IMG/VR virus record: IMGVR_UViG_3300009647_000160 | Direction: 5' to 3' (one strand) | Source of the DNA: an uncultured virus (IMG/VR IMGVR_UViG_3300009647_000160) | Lineage: Duplodnaviria > Heunggongvirae > Uroviricota > Caudoviricetes | Length of the DNA stretch: 64,000 bases | Shown: positions 8,686 through 18,720 of the stretch, piece after piece | Numbering within the stretch: position 1 is the first letter of the stretch | How the letters are laid out: every line of letters starts with the position of its first letter | Translations under genes and position numbers: made by a program | The notes under the pieces: generated by a model | Told to the model about the DNA's origin: nothing | Seen by the model: the letters and a program-made list of their open reading frames with translations, nothing else | Databases searched by the model: none

Positions 8686-11529
8686 TTAACCGAAAAATCC
8701 ATCCTCATCAAAAATATGGTCAAGCTCGTCATTGGACATCGCATGGGAAACGCGGTCACGGACGGCGCTGCGGGACATATCCAGTCTCTTGATGCGCCCG
8801 TTCAGCAGCCGGATAAGCTGAAGCCTGCCGACACCGGGATTCTGACGGGCATACTCAGCAAAGCCCTTAGCCTTGCCCAGATTGTCCGTTCTGGTGCCAT
8901 CATGCGGTTCCAAAATATCAATGACGAAGCCCATCTCATCCTTCCGGATAATCAGAAAATCGGGATACATCGACTTCTTCTCCGCGTTCTGCTCATAGGG
9001 AATGCACAGAGACCACGACTTTCTCGGCGGATTACGGAGCCAGCAGATATAGTCCGAACGGCCACGCTCGGCCTGAAGGACAGCCTTTTCCCAATTGTTC
9101 AGGTTGATGACGGCTTTGCCGGTCGCATTGTCCACAAACAGATGGTCGGTATAAGCCTCGCCGACATTGCTGCGCTCAATGCTGATGGTCTCCGGCAGCC
9201 GGAAGTTATGCTTACTGATGATGTCGCCATCAGAAACAATGCTGTCATACTTTTTCCGATACCGCTCAGTCAGGCCGGTGATACGGCGGCGATTCGCGTC
9301 ATTGATATCGTGGAAACGACTGCGGGCATAGTTATGGAGCATATCCATGCAGTCTGCGTCGGCGGCAAAGATGATGACGTCGATTTTGTATCCGGCAGGA
9401 TTATCGTCATCTGCGTATCGGGTGCCGTAGCGGATGCCGACACCCTCGTTGCCCAGCTTGAGCTCCGCAAGACGGAACTGACGGTCGAGGTCGGTATCCG
9501 TGGTGGAAAACAAATCCATCTCCGCATGGTCATCCACGGACTCGCCGAACACATCAAACGTCTGCGTTTTCAGCTTGAACTGCAGTACCTGCGCGGCCAG
9601 CTCGTCATATCTACCCTCGTCCTTTGTCTTCTTGATGAAGCTGCGAATCATTTCTACGATTTCATTCACAACATCATAGGAGGCAGAGGGCTGAAGGCCG
9701 GACTGCGTCAGGAGCCGGGTGAGGCTGAACAGAGATTTCAGATAGTCGTTGATTCTGACCCTGCGCACGTCGTAGGTCAGAAGACCGGCATCATTGATGG
9801 CCTTTACGATGGCCTCGCGGTCAAGCTCCGGCTCTTCGGGAACGTCTTCCGGAGCGGGCTGCGGTTCCGTTGCACCGGAAGGCTCTGCCCCTGCAGCAGC
9901 TCCATTTGCAGGCGTTTCGCTGCTCACGCCACTAACCGGGCGCATGGTATCCGTGGTACCGGAAGCAGGTGCCGCTGGTGCGCCAAATGAGGTGCTGCCG
10001 CTTTGCGCGGGCGTCTGCTGCGTCGGCTCCTGCGCGGAAGGTTCATTGCCGGTCTCAGGGGAAGGGCTGTCTCCCAAAGACATCTGGCCGGGAACCTGCT
10101 GCTTCGGCCTCGCGGGACGCTGGGTGGGAGCCGGTCTGGTCGGACGGACAGTCCACGTTTCGATGGTGCTGTTCTCGAAGGAGTCGCCGATAACATCGGT
10201 GGGAATCTCACCGCCCTCGGTACTCTGAAGGGCCTTGACCACGTCCTCAACGGTCTGGGCATCAAAGTACGGCAAATAGAGGTGCACGTCGTTCAAAACA
10301 TCGTCCACCTGAATATGCATCTGCATGGGAGTTCTGACCATTCTGCCGAGCAGCTGCGCGATATAGGTCGCATCCGTAGCACGACGGAAAGACATCATGG
10401 TTTCAGCGCGAGGGCAGTCCCAGCCGGTGGAGAGGTTCTCTTTGAAGAAAACCACCTTGACATTCTTCTCATCCGCAATGCGGGACGGCTCCAGATATCT
10501 GACCGCTACTCCATTGATTTGGATGGTGCTGGTCGTCTGGCCGAAGGTATGTACGACTTCTCCGTCTTGGAAACGGAAGCCTGTCCGCTCCTCAATCTTC
10601 CGGAGGCAGTCATCCAAGTCTGTATCGGAAATGCCACTGCCGGTCTGGTTCTGCACCTGAATCACGAAAACCGGATTCACGTAGGCGTAGTGCTGCTCCT
10701 GACAATACTGAGACCAGTGCTCCCATTTCTGCTTCCAGTCATCGGCAGCAGCCTGCAGCACGGCCATATCCTTGCTTCCGGAGGCATCCTCCGGATAGGC
10801 GATGATGATTCTGTCCTTCAGCAGACCGGAGGCCCGCACATCGTCGGCGGACACGATGACCTTCTGGATGGTCGATTCTGTCCCGGACACCAGATTGTTG
10901 AAGCGCTCCGGCGTAGCGGTCACGCCAAGCACGACCGGAACGGGAGCCAGTCGGTCTTCCCGGCTGCCCTTGAGGAACTTCTGCATGATGGTAGTGGCCT
11001 GAGCAGCAGCGCGACCCTGCATACCACGGTGGGCCTCGTCAATGATGAAGTACAAGCGGTCATACTTCTCGTCCATCGTGTTCTGCAGCGTTTCCCAGAT
11101 GGTGAAGGTGCGCCCGTCGCCCTTCTTGGTCAGATTACTGCTCTTGCCCAGCTTCTGAGTGTTCAGAAAATAGATATGTCCATCGTCCAGCATTTCCTGG
11201 TCGAAGGATTCATCGGTGATGGTCACGCACTGGTCAAGCCGAATCTTGTCCGCCTTCAGGTCAATCTTACTGCGGGACTGCTCGTTGAGCTCCGGAGAAT
11301 CCGAAAGCCACACAAAGATGGCGTCCGGCTGGTCGGGATACTCCTCATCGCCGAAATAGATGGATTCAATCAGAGACGCCAAAATGATGGTCTTGCCCGC
11401 GCCAGTGGGAGCGGTGAAAGAAAGTACCTGCGGTGTATGGGTGCGCTGGTAGGAGCCGAGGGCCTCAGCGGTCTTTCTCCGCAGCTGGAACAGCGCCATT
11501 TTTTGGAAAGGAAATAATTCTACTTTCAT
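8686..11529 (-). CDS. res: Type III restriction enzyme Res subunit (SF2 ATPase plus PD-(D/E)xK-like nuclease)
   Basis: APTGAGKT, DEAH, TATP, QLLGRMVR, C-terminal YPDF...LEPH; probable ATG at 11529 abuts the mod stop. Confidence 0.82.
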   Translation of the reverse strand: MKVELFPFQKMALFQLRRKTAEALGSYQRTHTPQVLSFTAPTGAGKTIILASLIESIYFGDEEYPDQPDAIFVWLSDSPELNEQSRSKIDLKADKIRLDQCVTITDESFDQEMLDDGHIYFLNTQKLGKSSNLTKKGDGRTFTIWETLQNTMDEKYDRLYFIIDEAHRGMQGRAAAQATTIMQKFLKGSREDRLAPVPVVLGVTATPERFNNLVSGTESTIQKVIVSADDVRASGLLKDRIIIAYPEDASGSKDMAVLQAAADDWKQKWEHWSQYCQEQHYAYVNPVFVIQVQNQTGSGISDTDLDDCLRKIEERTGFRFQDGEVVHTFGQTTSTIQINGVAVRYLEPSRIADEKNVKVVFFKENLSTGWDCPRAETMMSFRRATDATYIAQLLGRMVRTPMQMHIQVDDVLNDVHLYLPYFDAQTVEDVVKALQSTEGGEIPTDVIGDSFENSTIETWTVRPTRPAPTQRPARPKQQVPGQMSLGDSPSPETGNEPSAQEPTQQTPAQSGSTSFGAPAAPASGTTDTMRPVSGVSSETPANGAAAGAEPSGATEPQPAPEDVPEEPELDREAIVKAINDAGLLTYDVRRVRINDYLKSLFSLTRLLTQSGLQPSASYDVVNEIVEMIRSFIKKTKDEGRYDELAAQVLQFKLKTQTFDVFGESVDDHAEMDLFSTTDTDLDRQFRLAELKLGNEGVGIRYGTRYADDDNPAGYKIDVIIFAADADCMDMLHNYARSRFHDINDANRRRITGLTERYRKKYDSIVSDGDIISKHNFRLPETISIERSNVGEAYTDHLFVDNATGKAVINLNNWEKAVLQAERGRSDYICWLRNPPRKSWSLCIPYEQNAEKKSMYPDFLIIRKDEMGFVIDILEPHDGTRTDNLGKAKGFAEYARQNPGVGRLQLIRLLNGRIKRLDMSRSAVRDRVSHAMSNDELDHIFDEDGFFG

Positions 11530-11530
11530 C

Positions 11531-13642
11531 TTAGCGTCCTCCGTGGTTAATCCGGAAGTTATCCAGATAGTCTCTGTAAAGCTGATAGGTGTCCTCGGCA
11601 TGCAGCCCGGAAATCATCTCCCGGTAACCCGGCTCAGAATCGGTCACGATATATACCGTCGTAATGGAGTCCTCGCCGTTCACCTGCGCGGCAAACGCCT
11701 CGTACTGCGACTCATCGGTCAGCACAGCGAAATGATTTACCGGCAGCACCAGAATGGCAGGCACTTCCGCTGTCTCCTCAAGCGCAGGACAAGGCCCGTG
11801 GGCACCGGCCTTCAGCCAGAGTACCGGGAGCAGTTCCTTAAATTGGCGACCCAGCGCCACGGCGTTCTTATCGAGGAAGCCCAGCTTGAAGAAAGCGGCA
11901 TTTGCTTTGAAGCCATCTGCCATGTGCATCGGTTCCTCGCCACTGGTAACGTAGTCGCCCTTAAGCGGCTTTCCGTTCACGTCATGGCCCTCGATGGAGC
12001 AGACGGTGCGCGGCCAGGTTACATACCGGGCAATGCCCAGTTTGTTCCACTCTTCGTCGCCAGGTTGATAGCCTCTTGCAGTTAGAGATTTTGCCTCATC
12101 CACGGAAACCTCATTATTTGTGACCATGATACAGCGCCGATGCCCACCGTCTTCCGCGTTCAACAGATTGACAGCGTGGAGTGTGGTACCGGAGCCAGCG
12201 AAAAAGTCTACAATAAGTGCGTTTGGTTTATTGGCAACAAAAAACCTGATTGTATCGTGCTCTGCATACAATGATTTCGGGAAAGCAAACACCTTGTCAT
12301 CGAATATTTTTCTCAGGATGCCGCTTCCGTGACGACTTGCATCGTGTAACGGAATTAACCACTGTGTTCCAGGGATGAATGCGGGCGCATAATCAGAATC
12401 GTCTAATAAGTACGAATTATCTTCTTTGTACCCAAGAATCTGATATTCACCCTTTAAGACCTTTTCCTGCTGCCCGCTTTTCATATAGGATATTGCCATT
12501 CCTCTATCTGTGAAGCCTCCGAGCTTAAGAAAATGCCTTTCTTGAAGGTCAAGTAGGGTCTCTCTACCTATTTGCCAACATCCTTCTGATCCATCAAGAT
12601 GAATAGGCCAGATTGCTCTTGCACCTTCGGGCACAGCTACTTGATTCCTATCAGCATCAATTGGAATGGGCTCTCCAGCTCCTATGAAACGCTTTCCATC
12701 TTCAGAGACAAAAACAGGATAAAAAAGGTTGGGCCTATCGCTACGCATGTTGTTTGTGCCCGTTCGCATGAGTGAATCCCAATGGGCTTTTGTCTTACTT
12801 GTATTTTTTACGCTTCCCATCCACTCATTGCCCAACCTAAGTGGTGTCGGCGAAGCAGAGCCAATTTTGACGAAATAGATATACTCATCGGTTCTGCAGA
12901 ATTCACTTGCCCTTGCAACGCCACCGGGATTGATGCAACAACTGACCATTTGTATTTTTGCATCTGAGAACATCTCTTCCAATAAACAGCCCAGATGTAA
13001 ATACTCTTTTTCGTCGATGGTAACTATCAAAACAGAATCAGCAGGATTGAGCAGACGCTTGGCGAGCTTCAGTCGCTTCTCCATCATGGAAAGCCATTTG
13101 CTATGGCGATAAGTATCTGCACCGTCCACATAGTCGTTATTGTATTTCCAGTCACGAGCCCCTGTGTTATAGGGTGGGTCGATGTAGATACAATCCACCT
13201 TTCCGGCATAGAGGTACTCCAGCAGCTGGAGCGCATGGTAGTTGTCCGCTTCAATCAGCGTGTGCCACAGGTCGCTGTCCGGCGCATTGCAGACGGTATC
13301 CAGCGGCTGCAGATAGGGATAGATGGGCTCACCGAATTGAGCCACGCAAACCAGCGCATCCACGGGAAGCACGACGCGTTCCTTGGACGCCTTATGGTAG
13401 CAGGTAGCCTGTCCATCCTCGATTCTCTCTACATAGTAAATATCAGTGACATGTCCGTCCTTCTTGGCCACGACGGAACCACGCTTTACCGGGATATCGT
13501 AAAGCGGCGTGGCCTCCGGCAGATGCTCTTCAAATACCAGACCGAATTTCTTCTGGCGATTTGCCCGCTTCATCTCTGCGCGAATCCGCTCACGCAGGGA
13601 CTCGTCCGGAATCTGGCTAATCAAATCGTCTAAAGCAGCCAT
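11531..13642 (-). CDS. mod: Type III R-M Mod subunit (beta-class adenine methyltransferase)
   Basis: IYIDPPYNTG, then a variable region, then FPK...DFFAGSGTT; adjacent to res. Confidence 0.88.
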   Translation of the reverse strand: MAALDDLISQIPDESLRERIRAEMKRANRQKKFGLVFEEHLPEATPLYDIPVKRGSVVAKKDGHVTDIYYVERIEDGQATCYHKASKERVVLPVDALVCVAQFGEPIYPYLQPLDTVCNAPDSDLWHTLIEADNYHALQLLEYLYAGKVDCIYIDPPYNTGARDWKYNNDYVDGADTYRHSKWLSMMEKRLKLAKRLLNPADSVLIVTIDEKEYLHLGCLLEEMFSDAKIQMVSCCINPGGVARASEFCRTDEYIYFVKIGSASPTPLRLGNEWMGSVKNTSKTKAHWDSLMRTGTNNMRSDRPNLFYPVFVSEDGKRFIGAGEPIPIDADRNQVAVPEGARAIWPIHLDGSEGCWQIGRETLLDLQERHFLKLGGFTDRGMAISYMKSGQQEKVLKGEYQILGYKEDNSYLLDDSDYAPAFIPGTQWLIPLHDASRHGSGILRKIFDDKVFAFPKSLYAEHDTIRFFVANKPNALIVDFFAGSGTTLHAVNLLNAEDGGHRRCIMVTNNEVSVDEAKSLTARGYQPGDEEWNKLGIARYVTWPRTVCSIEGHDVNGKPLKGDYVTSGEEPMHMADGFKANAAFFKLGFLDKNAVALGRQFKELLPVLWLKAGAHGPCPALEETAEVPAILVLPVNHFAVLTDESQYEAFAAQVNGEDSITTVYIVTDSEPGYREMISGLHAEDTYQLYRDYLDNFRINHGGR

Positions 13643-13754
13643 GCGTTTTTGCCTCCTGTGTCTTTCTCTGGAGATTACTCTTCAGGGATTGTTTTATAAT
13701 CATCAACGAGCTCCTGGGGGCTCATCACATTTTACAATCTGTCCAGTCCCAAAA

Positions 13755-16352
13755 TCAGGACTCCAAGTAAATTTCGGGACTATTATACTGCACCTGTTCT
13801 GCTTCTCGGCGAACGCTCAGGTTTTCGCATTCCAGAAGCGCAGGCTTCAACCGGAGCTGGTCATTATCGTCAAAGGTAATGTACTGGCTCCGTTTTTCTG
13901 TAATATAGGCTGCTGCTTCGCGGGTGAAGCCATTTCGCTGCAGCCATACTGCCTCCGGATTCGTTGTGCCGTACTCAACGAGTTCGTACCAATCGGTAAA
14001 AGAAGCGTCCGGGAAACAAGCTCTGTATTCCTGCGAAAACCGGAGGAAGTAGTTTGCAATCCGAAAAAGGATTACATCCTCGATGTCCTCCAGCATCCCG
14101 CTGATGAGTGCATTAACATAAGCAGGCTCATTCTTGAACGCGACATACTGACCTTTGAGCTTTACCTTTCCTTTGCCGGTCGAGAGATAGTAATCAATGG
14201 AATCTGTAACCATGTGGTTTAAGCTCATGCCAGAAACCCACTGATTCAGGACAAAGGCATAGTGCGACAGCTTTGTATGTGCTCCGGATGATTTGTTCTG
14301 AAAGCCAAGAGTATCGTACTCGTAGGTTTCCCACTTGAAGATGTCGCATAGCCGCTCAAGAAAGTTCCTCAGCTCATTATAATCCGCCTTACCTCCAATG
14401 CGGATAGCCGGATAATGGAGTCTTCCACTGCGGATTTCCCTTGCGAGTCGTTCTGTCTGGTCGAGGGATAGGTTGATGTCATCATCGAGGGAATGCTCCC
14501 GGCCAGCGAAGGCTGCGGCAATGGCGGCTTCATCCTCCGGGCTCAGCACATCGGAGAACTCCTTTTTCACCCGGCTTGCACGTCCAGAAACAATATCTTT
14601 TAGCAGGATGTTGGCCACCTTGCGAATCAAAGAATACTCCGCTGGTGGCAGGGAGCCATCCTTTGGTATTTCAGCCTGCCCGCTCTTCAAAACAGAAACA
14701 ATGCCGGTTTTCTGTTCCGGGGTCAAAGCCGTGGCCAGCGACAGCTGCTGTGGTACGATTTTTTCCTGCAGCAGATGGAGGAAGCGTTCTTTTTTCGTCT
14801 TCCGCTTTATGCACACAAGGAACACGTTGCCATACAGGTTGAACTCTATGCGCCCGACCCTTCCCATCAGGTTTCTGAAATCGACCGGAGACATATCACC
14901 ACCATTTTTGTGACTGGTGATGAAAAGGTTATCCGCAGGCAAATTGACGCCTTCCAGTAATGTACTGGTACAAAACAGGGTGTGAATTTTTCCATCCTTA
15001 TAGAGCGATTCGATACGAGCCCGAATCGTCGAGGGCAAATACCCCATGTGATAGGCTACGCCTTTTTCTACAATATCGGCCAGGTAGTAATCACCGTGAA
15101 CATCCTGCCGGATGTCTTGCGCCAGAACATCCAGGTCACTATCATGCAACGGCTGGAGTTGTGCGGCATACTGCAAAGCATACTCCACAACATTGTCCTT
15201 ACTATTTGAGTACACGATACTCCTGGCACCTTCACCCAATTCACGGACAAAATCCAGTAATCCCTTGTCCTCCGGGAAATTGCAGTATTTTGTGAGTTTC
15301 TGAGTCGCCTCATTATAATAATGCAGCTCAAAACGCTTGAAATCAATCAGAAACTTCTCCTGATTCACAGGCGAAAACTTCGTTGCTATTTTATAGTTCT
15401 CCCTATTTGCGACGTCTGGGATGAGCTGCAAATAGACTTCTGGATTCGGGATATTCGGAGACGCAAAAATAATGTGTGGAGGTGTGCTTCTCTGAGAAAG
15501 CATATCAACCACCTTATAGTAGAATGCGCTCCGGCCATCTTTCTTGGAAATCTTGTGAGCCTCATCGATGAAAAGGTATTCAATAGGAATATCCTTCATC
15601 AAAATCAGCAAGTAGAGCAGGCGTTCTGGGGTCATGGCAAAGATGAAGTTATGTTCTTCTTCCAAGGCCATTGCGCCCGCTGAGGTAACAATTCTATAAT
15701 TTTTCTCCTTGAGCTCCGGCCCAAGAACCTCTGTCAATTTTTCCGTCGTTTCATTTATGAGGGCTTTGGTCGGAACTATAATAGCGAAATTGCATTGTCT
15801 GCCTTTTGCTATCTGCTCTCGGATAAATGTCCTCATGATATATGATTTTCCCAGCGATGTGGGGGCTGAATAACTGAAGTACGGTTCGTTAAACTTCTCG
15901 TATATTTCCTTTTGAGCGCGGAAGAAGTATTCATTCTCTGCTTCCGGGATACGCAGGTATTCCTTGCTGACCTGGGTAAAGATTCGGTCAAGGAGGTCTG
16001 CGCTCACATAATCTGCAGCTTTGAGACTCACCCCTCTAAAATTGCTTACGCTGGTGAGAACAGAGCCGAGATAATACTGTATCAATTCGTCATCCGGATG
16101 GAGAGCATTCAAAAGAGCGACGATTTCCTGCGCCCACAGCTTGTGGGTCTCCTCATTCTGCGTATGTACTGATTTTGAGAGGATATCCGCAAACCGCAAA
16201 GCTGCAGGTACACTTATCTCCTTTTCCGGAAGATTTGTCAGCCCAAAGAGCTGCCGACCATAGTTGTATAGAATGGCGTCATACAGTTCGTTGAGATACG
16301 GATTCTCCTCAATGCCATCAAAGAGGACAGCGCCGATGGTGGTTTCTTCCAT
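13755..16352 (-). CDS. hamB: Ski2-like SF2 helicase, Hachiman HamB-like
   Basis: SAPTSLGKS, DEAHK, TSTLLEGVNLP, NLMGRVGR; start overlaps the stop of the upstream DUF1837-like gene. Confidence 0.8.
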   Translation of the reverse strand: MEETTIGAVLFDGIEENPYLNELYDAILYNYGRQLFGLTNLPEKEISVPAALRFADILSKSVHTQNEETHKLWAQEIVALLNALHPDDELIQYYLGSVLTSVSNFRGVSLKAADYVSADLLDRIFTQVSKEYLRIPEAENEYFFRAQKEIYEKFNEPYFSYSAPTSLGKSYIMRTFIREQIAKGRQCNFAIIVPTKALINETTEKLTEVLGPELKEKNYRIVTSAGAMALEEEHNFIFAMTPERLLYLLILMKDIPIEYLFIDEAHKISKKDGRSAFYYKVVDMLSQRSTPPHIIFASPNIPNPEVYLQLIPDVANRENYKIATKFSPVNQEKFLIDFKRFELHYYNEATQKLTKYCNFPEDKGLLDFVRELGEGARSIVYSNSKDNVVEYALQYAAQLQPLHDSDLDVLAQDIRQDVHGDYYLADIVEKGVAYHMGYLPSTIRARIESLYKDGKIHTLFCTSTLLEGVNLPADNLFITSHKNGGDMSPVDFRNLMGRVGRIEFNLYGNVFLVCIKRKTKKERFLHLLQEKIVPQQLSLATALTPEQKTGIVSVLKSGQAEIPKDGSLPPAEYSLIRKVANILLKDIVSGRASRVKKEFSDVLSPEDEAAIAAAFAGREHSLDDDINLSLDQTERLAREIRSGRLHYPAIRIGGKADYNELRNFLERLCDIFKWETYEYDTLGFQNKSSGAHTKLSHYAFVLNQWVSGMSLNHMVTDSIDYYLSTGKGKVKLKGQYVAFKNEPAYVNALISGMLEDIEDVILFRIANYFLRFSQEYRACFPDASFTDWYELVEYGTTNPEAVWLQRNGFTREAAAYITEKRSQYITFDDNDQLRLKPALLECENLSVRREAEQVQYNSPEIYLES

Positions 16353-17785
16353 CAGATGCCACCTCCAATCAGCATGTTGATAATGCTGGTTTTATCTTGG
16401 GGCGCATTGTTGAACGGCAGAACGTAGATATAAAACGAATGCATCCCAAGACGGAGGGCCGTAATCTTCTGCGAAATATATTCCGCATTCTCGGTGATTG
16501 CACTTTCCATTCTTGCAACAGCTTCTTCTATGAACTCCGTCGCGGAATAGTCCTCTGGATTTAATCCAAGAGAATAGCCAAGAAACAGGCCAAATGCAGT
16601 TCCGGGCGGTTCCTGCCCCTGCTTCGTTGGAATCAGTATATCCTTGACTGCAAGCGCCGTCTGAACATCCACGCTCCTCCCGAAAGCGGCACTGTTGACC
16701 AGTTCCACGCCTGTAATCCGCTTTGCTTTTATCTGAACTACCGCGTCAAAAGCTGCGTCAATGGCAGATTTCAGGTCTCCTTCCATTTGAGAAGACCCGT
16801 ACACCATTTGGTATTCGGAGGTGTCCTGCCCGATGGAATGCAAATGAATCCCGGCGCAGTTTGTGCTGGCACCCAGTTCAATAGAGCTCAGCAACTTAGG
16901 AGCCTTTAGCACCTCTTCCAAAAACGCATACAGCAGCATATCCGCCAGCTCGTTTCCTGTGCTGTGTTCGCGGATATATTGCGCAGCGTCCATGCCGACG
17001 CTTTCCAGGTCGCCCTCTGCCTTATACCGCTCCATTTCTGCTCTGGAATATACATAGCGACCTATGTTGGTATTCAAATACTTTTTCAGACCGGCGTAGG
17101 TGAATTCGTTATCTTCAATTTTGAGACGGAAGATTTGATAGTCTTCCGGATTTCTGAGCCCAAGAGGAATCTGACAGACGGGGACAAATGCATCCTCAAA
17201 GCCCTTACCTCGAACCGACATAGTAAGGCCGGTAGCAGCTCCACTTTCTAACAGGACTAAACGATTGAGTTCGTCCTGATTGAACGAACTTATATACTCA
17301 CGTGAGACATCTTGAATGTATGTGCGCCCAGCCTTGTTATCGACTGTCCGAACGACAAAGAAGAAGAAATCTGTTAGCATCTCTGCCAGATTATATCGGT
17401 ACTCAAGCCGATAGTAGCCCTTGGTATTAGATGTGATGGTGCCGATTCGCACATCATCAGCAATATCATCGTCCTGAAAAAGCAAATCCAAGAGAGCGTG
17501 AACTATATGCTTCCGCTTCTCTGGATAGAGTTTCGGAATTATCTGTGTCTCGAAACAGGCCAAAACGGACGACGCATGCTCTGGAGAAATCTCATCTGTA
17601 ATCGCCGGTGAAATATTGTTTGAGCAGTTGACCAAGTGGCCTACGGTACCGTCATCATCCCGGATGTCATACATGGGATTGACTGCTAAAAACATTGTTC
17701 CACAGAGGAATTTTTGCGTCGTGCTTCTGGGAGAGCACAAAGTGAGTATTTTAAGGAATGACCCAAAACAAAGGTGCCCTGCTAT
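16352..17785 (-). CDS. hamA: DUF1837 (HamA-like) protein with N-terminal extension; probable ATA start at 17785
   Basis: C-terminal half ELADMLLYAFLEEVLKAPK...GIHL...FGLFLGY...FYIYVLPFN resembles DUF1837; strong SD GAAAGGAGG 8 nt before an in-frame ATA. Confidence 0.7.
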   Translation of the reverse strand: MAGHLCFGSFLKILTLCSPRSTTQKFLCGTMFLAVNPMYDIRDDDGTVGHLVNCSNNISPAITDEISPEHASSVLACFETQIIPKLYPEKRKHIVHALLDLLFQDDDIADDVRIGTITSNTKGYYRLEYRYNLAEMLTDFFFFVVRTVDNKAGRTYIQDVSREYISSFNQDELNRLVLLESGAATGLTMSVRGKGFEDAFVPVCQIPLGLRNPEDYQIFRLKIEDNEFTYAGLKKYLNTNIGRYVYSRAEMERYKAEGDLESVGMDAAQYIREHSTGNELADMLLYAFLEEVLKAPKLLSSIELGASTNCAGIHLHSIGQDTSEYQMVYGSSQMEGDLKSAIDAAFDAVVQIKAKRITGVELVNSAAFGRSVDVQTALAVKDILIPTKQGQEPPGTAFGLFLGYSLGLNPEDYSATEFIEEAVARMESAITENAEYISQKITALRLGMHSFYIYVLPFNNAPQDKTSIINMLIGGGI

Positions 17786-17816
17786 CTCAAACTCCTCCTT
17801 TCACAAATCGGAACAA

Positions 17817-18017
17817 TTACTCTTTTACATAGTTGACTATGTCGCCGATATCGCAATCCAGCGCTTCACATATCCGCCCCAGTATTTCCATGTTCACAGG
17901 TAAGCCCTTTCCCATTTTGGCCATTGTAGAGGAGGTTATATTTGTCTCTGCCATAAGGTCTTTTTTCATCATGTTCCTGTCGATAAGCATTTTCCACAAT
18001 TTATTATAGCTGAACAT
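17817..18017 (-). CDS. Small Cro/CI-type HTH regulator heading the defence operon
   Basis: SYNKLWKMLID...ICEALDCDIGDI, HTH_26-like pattern. Confidence 0.85.
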   Translation of the reverse strand: MFSYNKLWKMLIDRNMMKKDLMAETNITSSTMAKMGKGLPVNMEILGRICEALDCDIGDIVNYVKE

Positions 18018-18292
18018 CCTTGCACCTCCTTGGGTACCGTAGTGCCGTACTGCTGATACTCAAGCATTATATCACAAAACTTTGCTTTTTGCAATATGAA
18101 GTTTGAGTTTGCGAAGATTTATCATTTCCGGTCTAATCCATTTTTTGTTCCACCAAGGTGTCCTGACAAGAGACTTCAATCTTCCAAGTCCGTCCAAGTC
18201 TCAATCATGTAATCCAAGTTTGAAAAGCTGTACTCTGTAATTGCTCAAGCGCAGAGTACAGTTTTTCTTTTTGGAAAGGCAGGTGAAAACCA

Positions 18293-18475
18293 ATGCTCTC
18301 AAACCGTGATTGGGTCATCAACATCGAGAATGCCGCAGCAAAAGTGGCAGCCGAGTATGGCCAAAAAGTGGTGGATTCCGTGTTCTGCCGCTACGACGCT
18401 CACAGCTTGGAGGATTTATCTCCTTGCTACTACGGCGAGGTGTTCAGCGACTTAGAGCAAATCGCCAACGACTAA
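18293..18475 (+). CDS. Small hypothetical phage protein
   Basis: ORF with upstream SD-like AGGCAGGTGA. Confidence 0.6.
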   Translation: MLSNRDWVINIENAAAKVAAEYGQKVVDSVFCRYDAHSLEDLSPCYYGEVFSDLEQIAND

Positions 18476-18485
18476 AGGCTACACA

Positions 18486-18720
18486 GCCGCCCTAAGCAAG
18501 GCGTAAAACTACTTTCCCGAAAACCGACTCACCTTCTTCGTGGCCACGAGGTGTGTTCGCAGTCGGTGGACGGGAGAAAGTTTATATAGAGTGCCAGCTT
18601 GCGAACGGCTGGTCACCGAAACGAAGCGGAGAAATCCGCATGAGGTGACCATCTATGTACAGAAGAACTGGCAGCCATACAGGTTATCTCCGCTTCGGCT
18701 TCACAGCCGAAAGGAGAAAA
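18486..18720 (+). ncRNA. Putative structured cis-regulatory RNA leader of the sigma-like gene
   Basis: Several nested stems; an 11-bp complementarity (18622-18632 / 18687-18697) competes with an SD-sequestering hairpin. Confidence 0.5.

Noticed and set aside
8650..11517. Long plus-strand ORFs (8650-9990, 10003-11517) and similar long antisense ORFs across the phage (e.g. 21621-23660, 37849-39771, 42744-44924)
   Set aside because: Shadows of GC-rich real genes on the opposite strand, with no recognisable motifs
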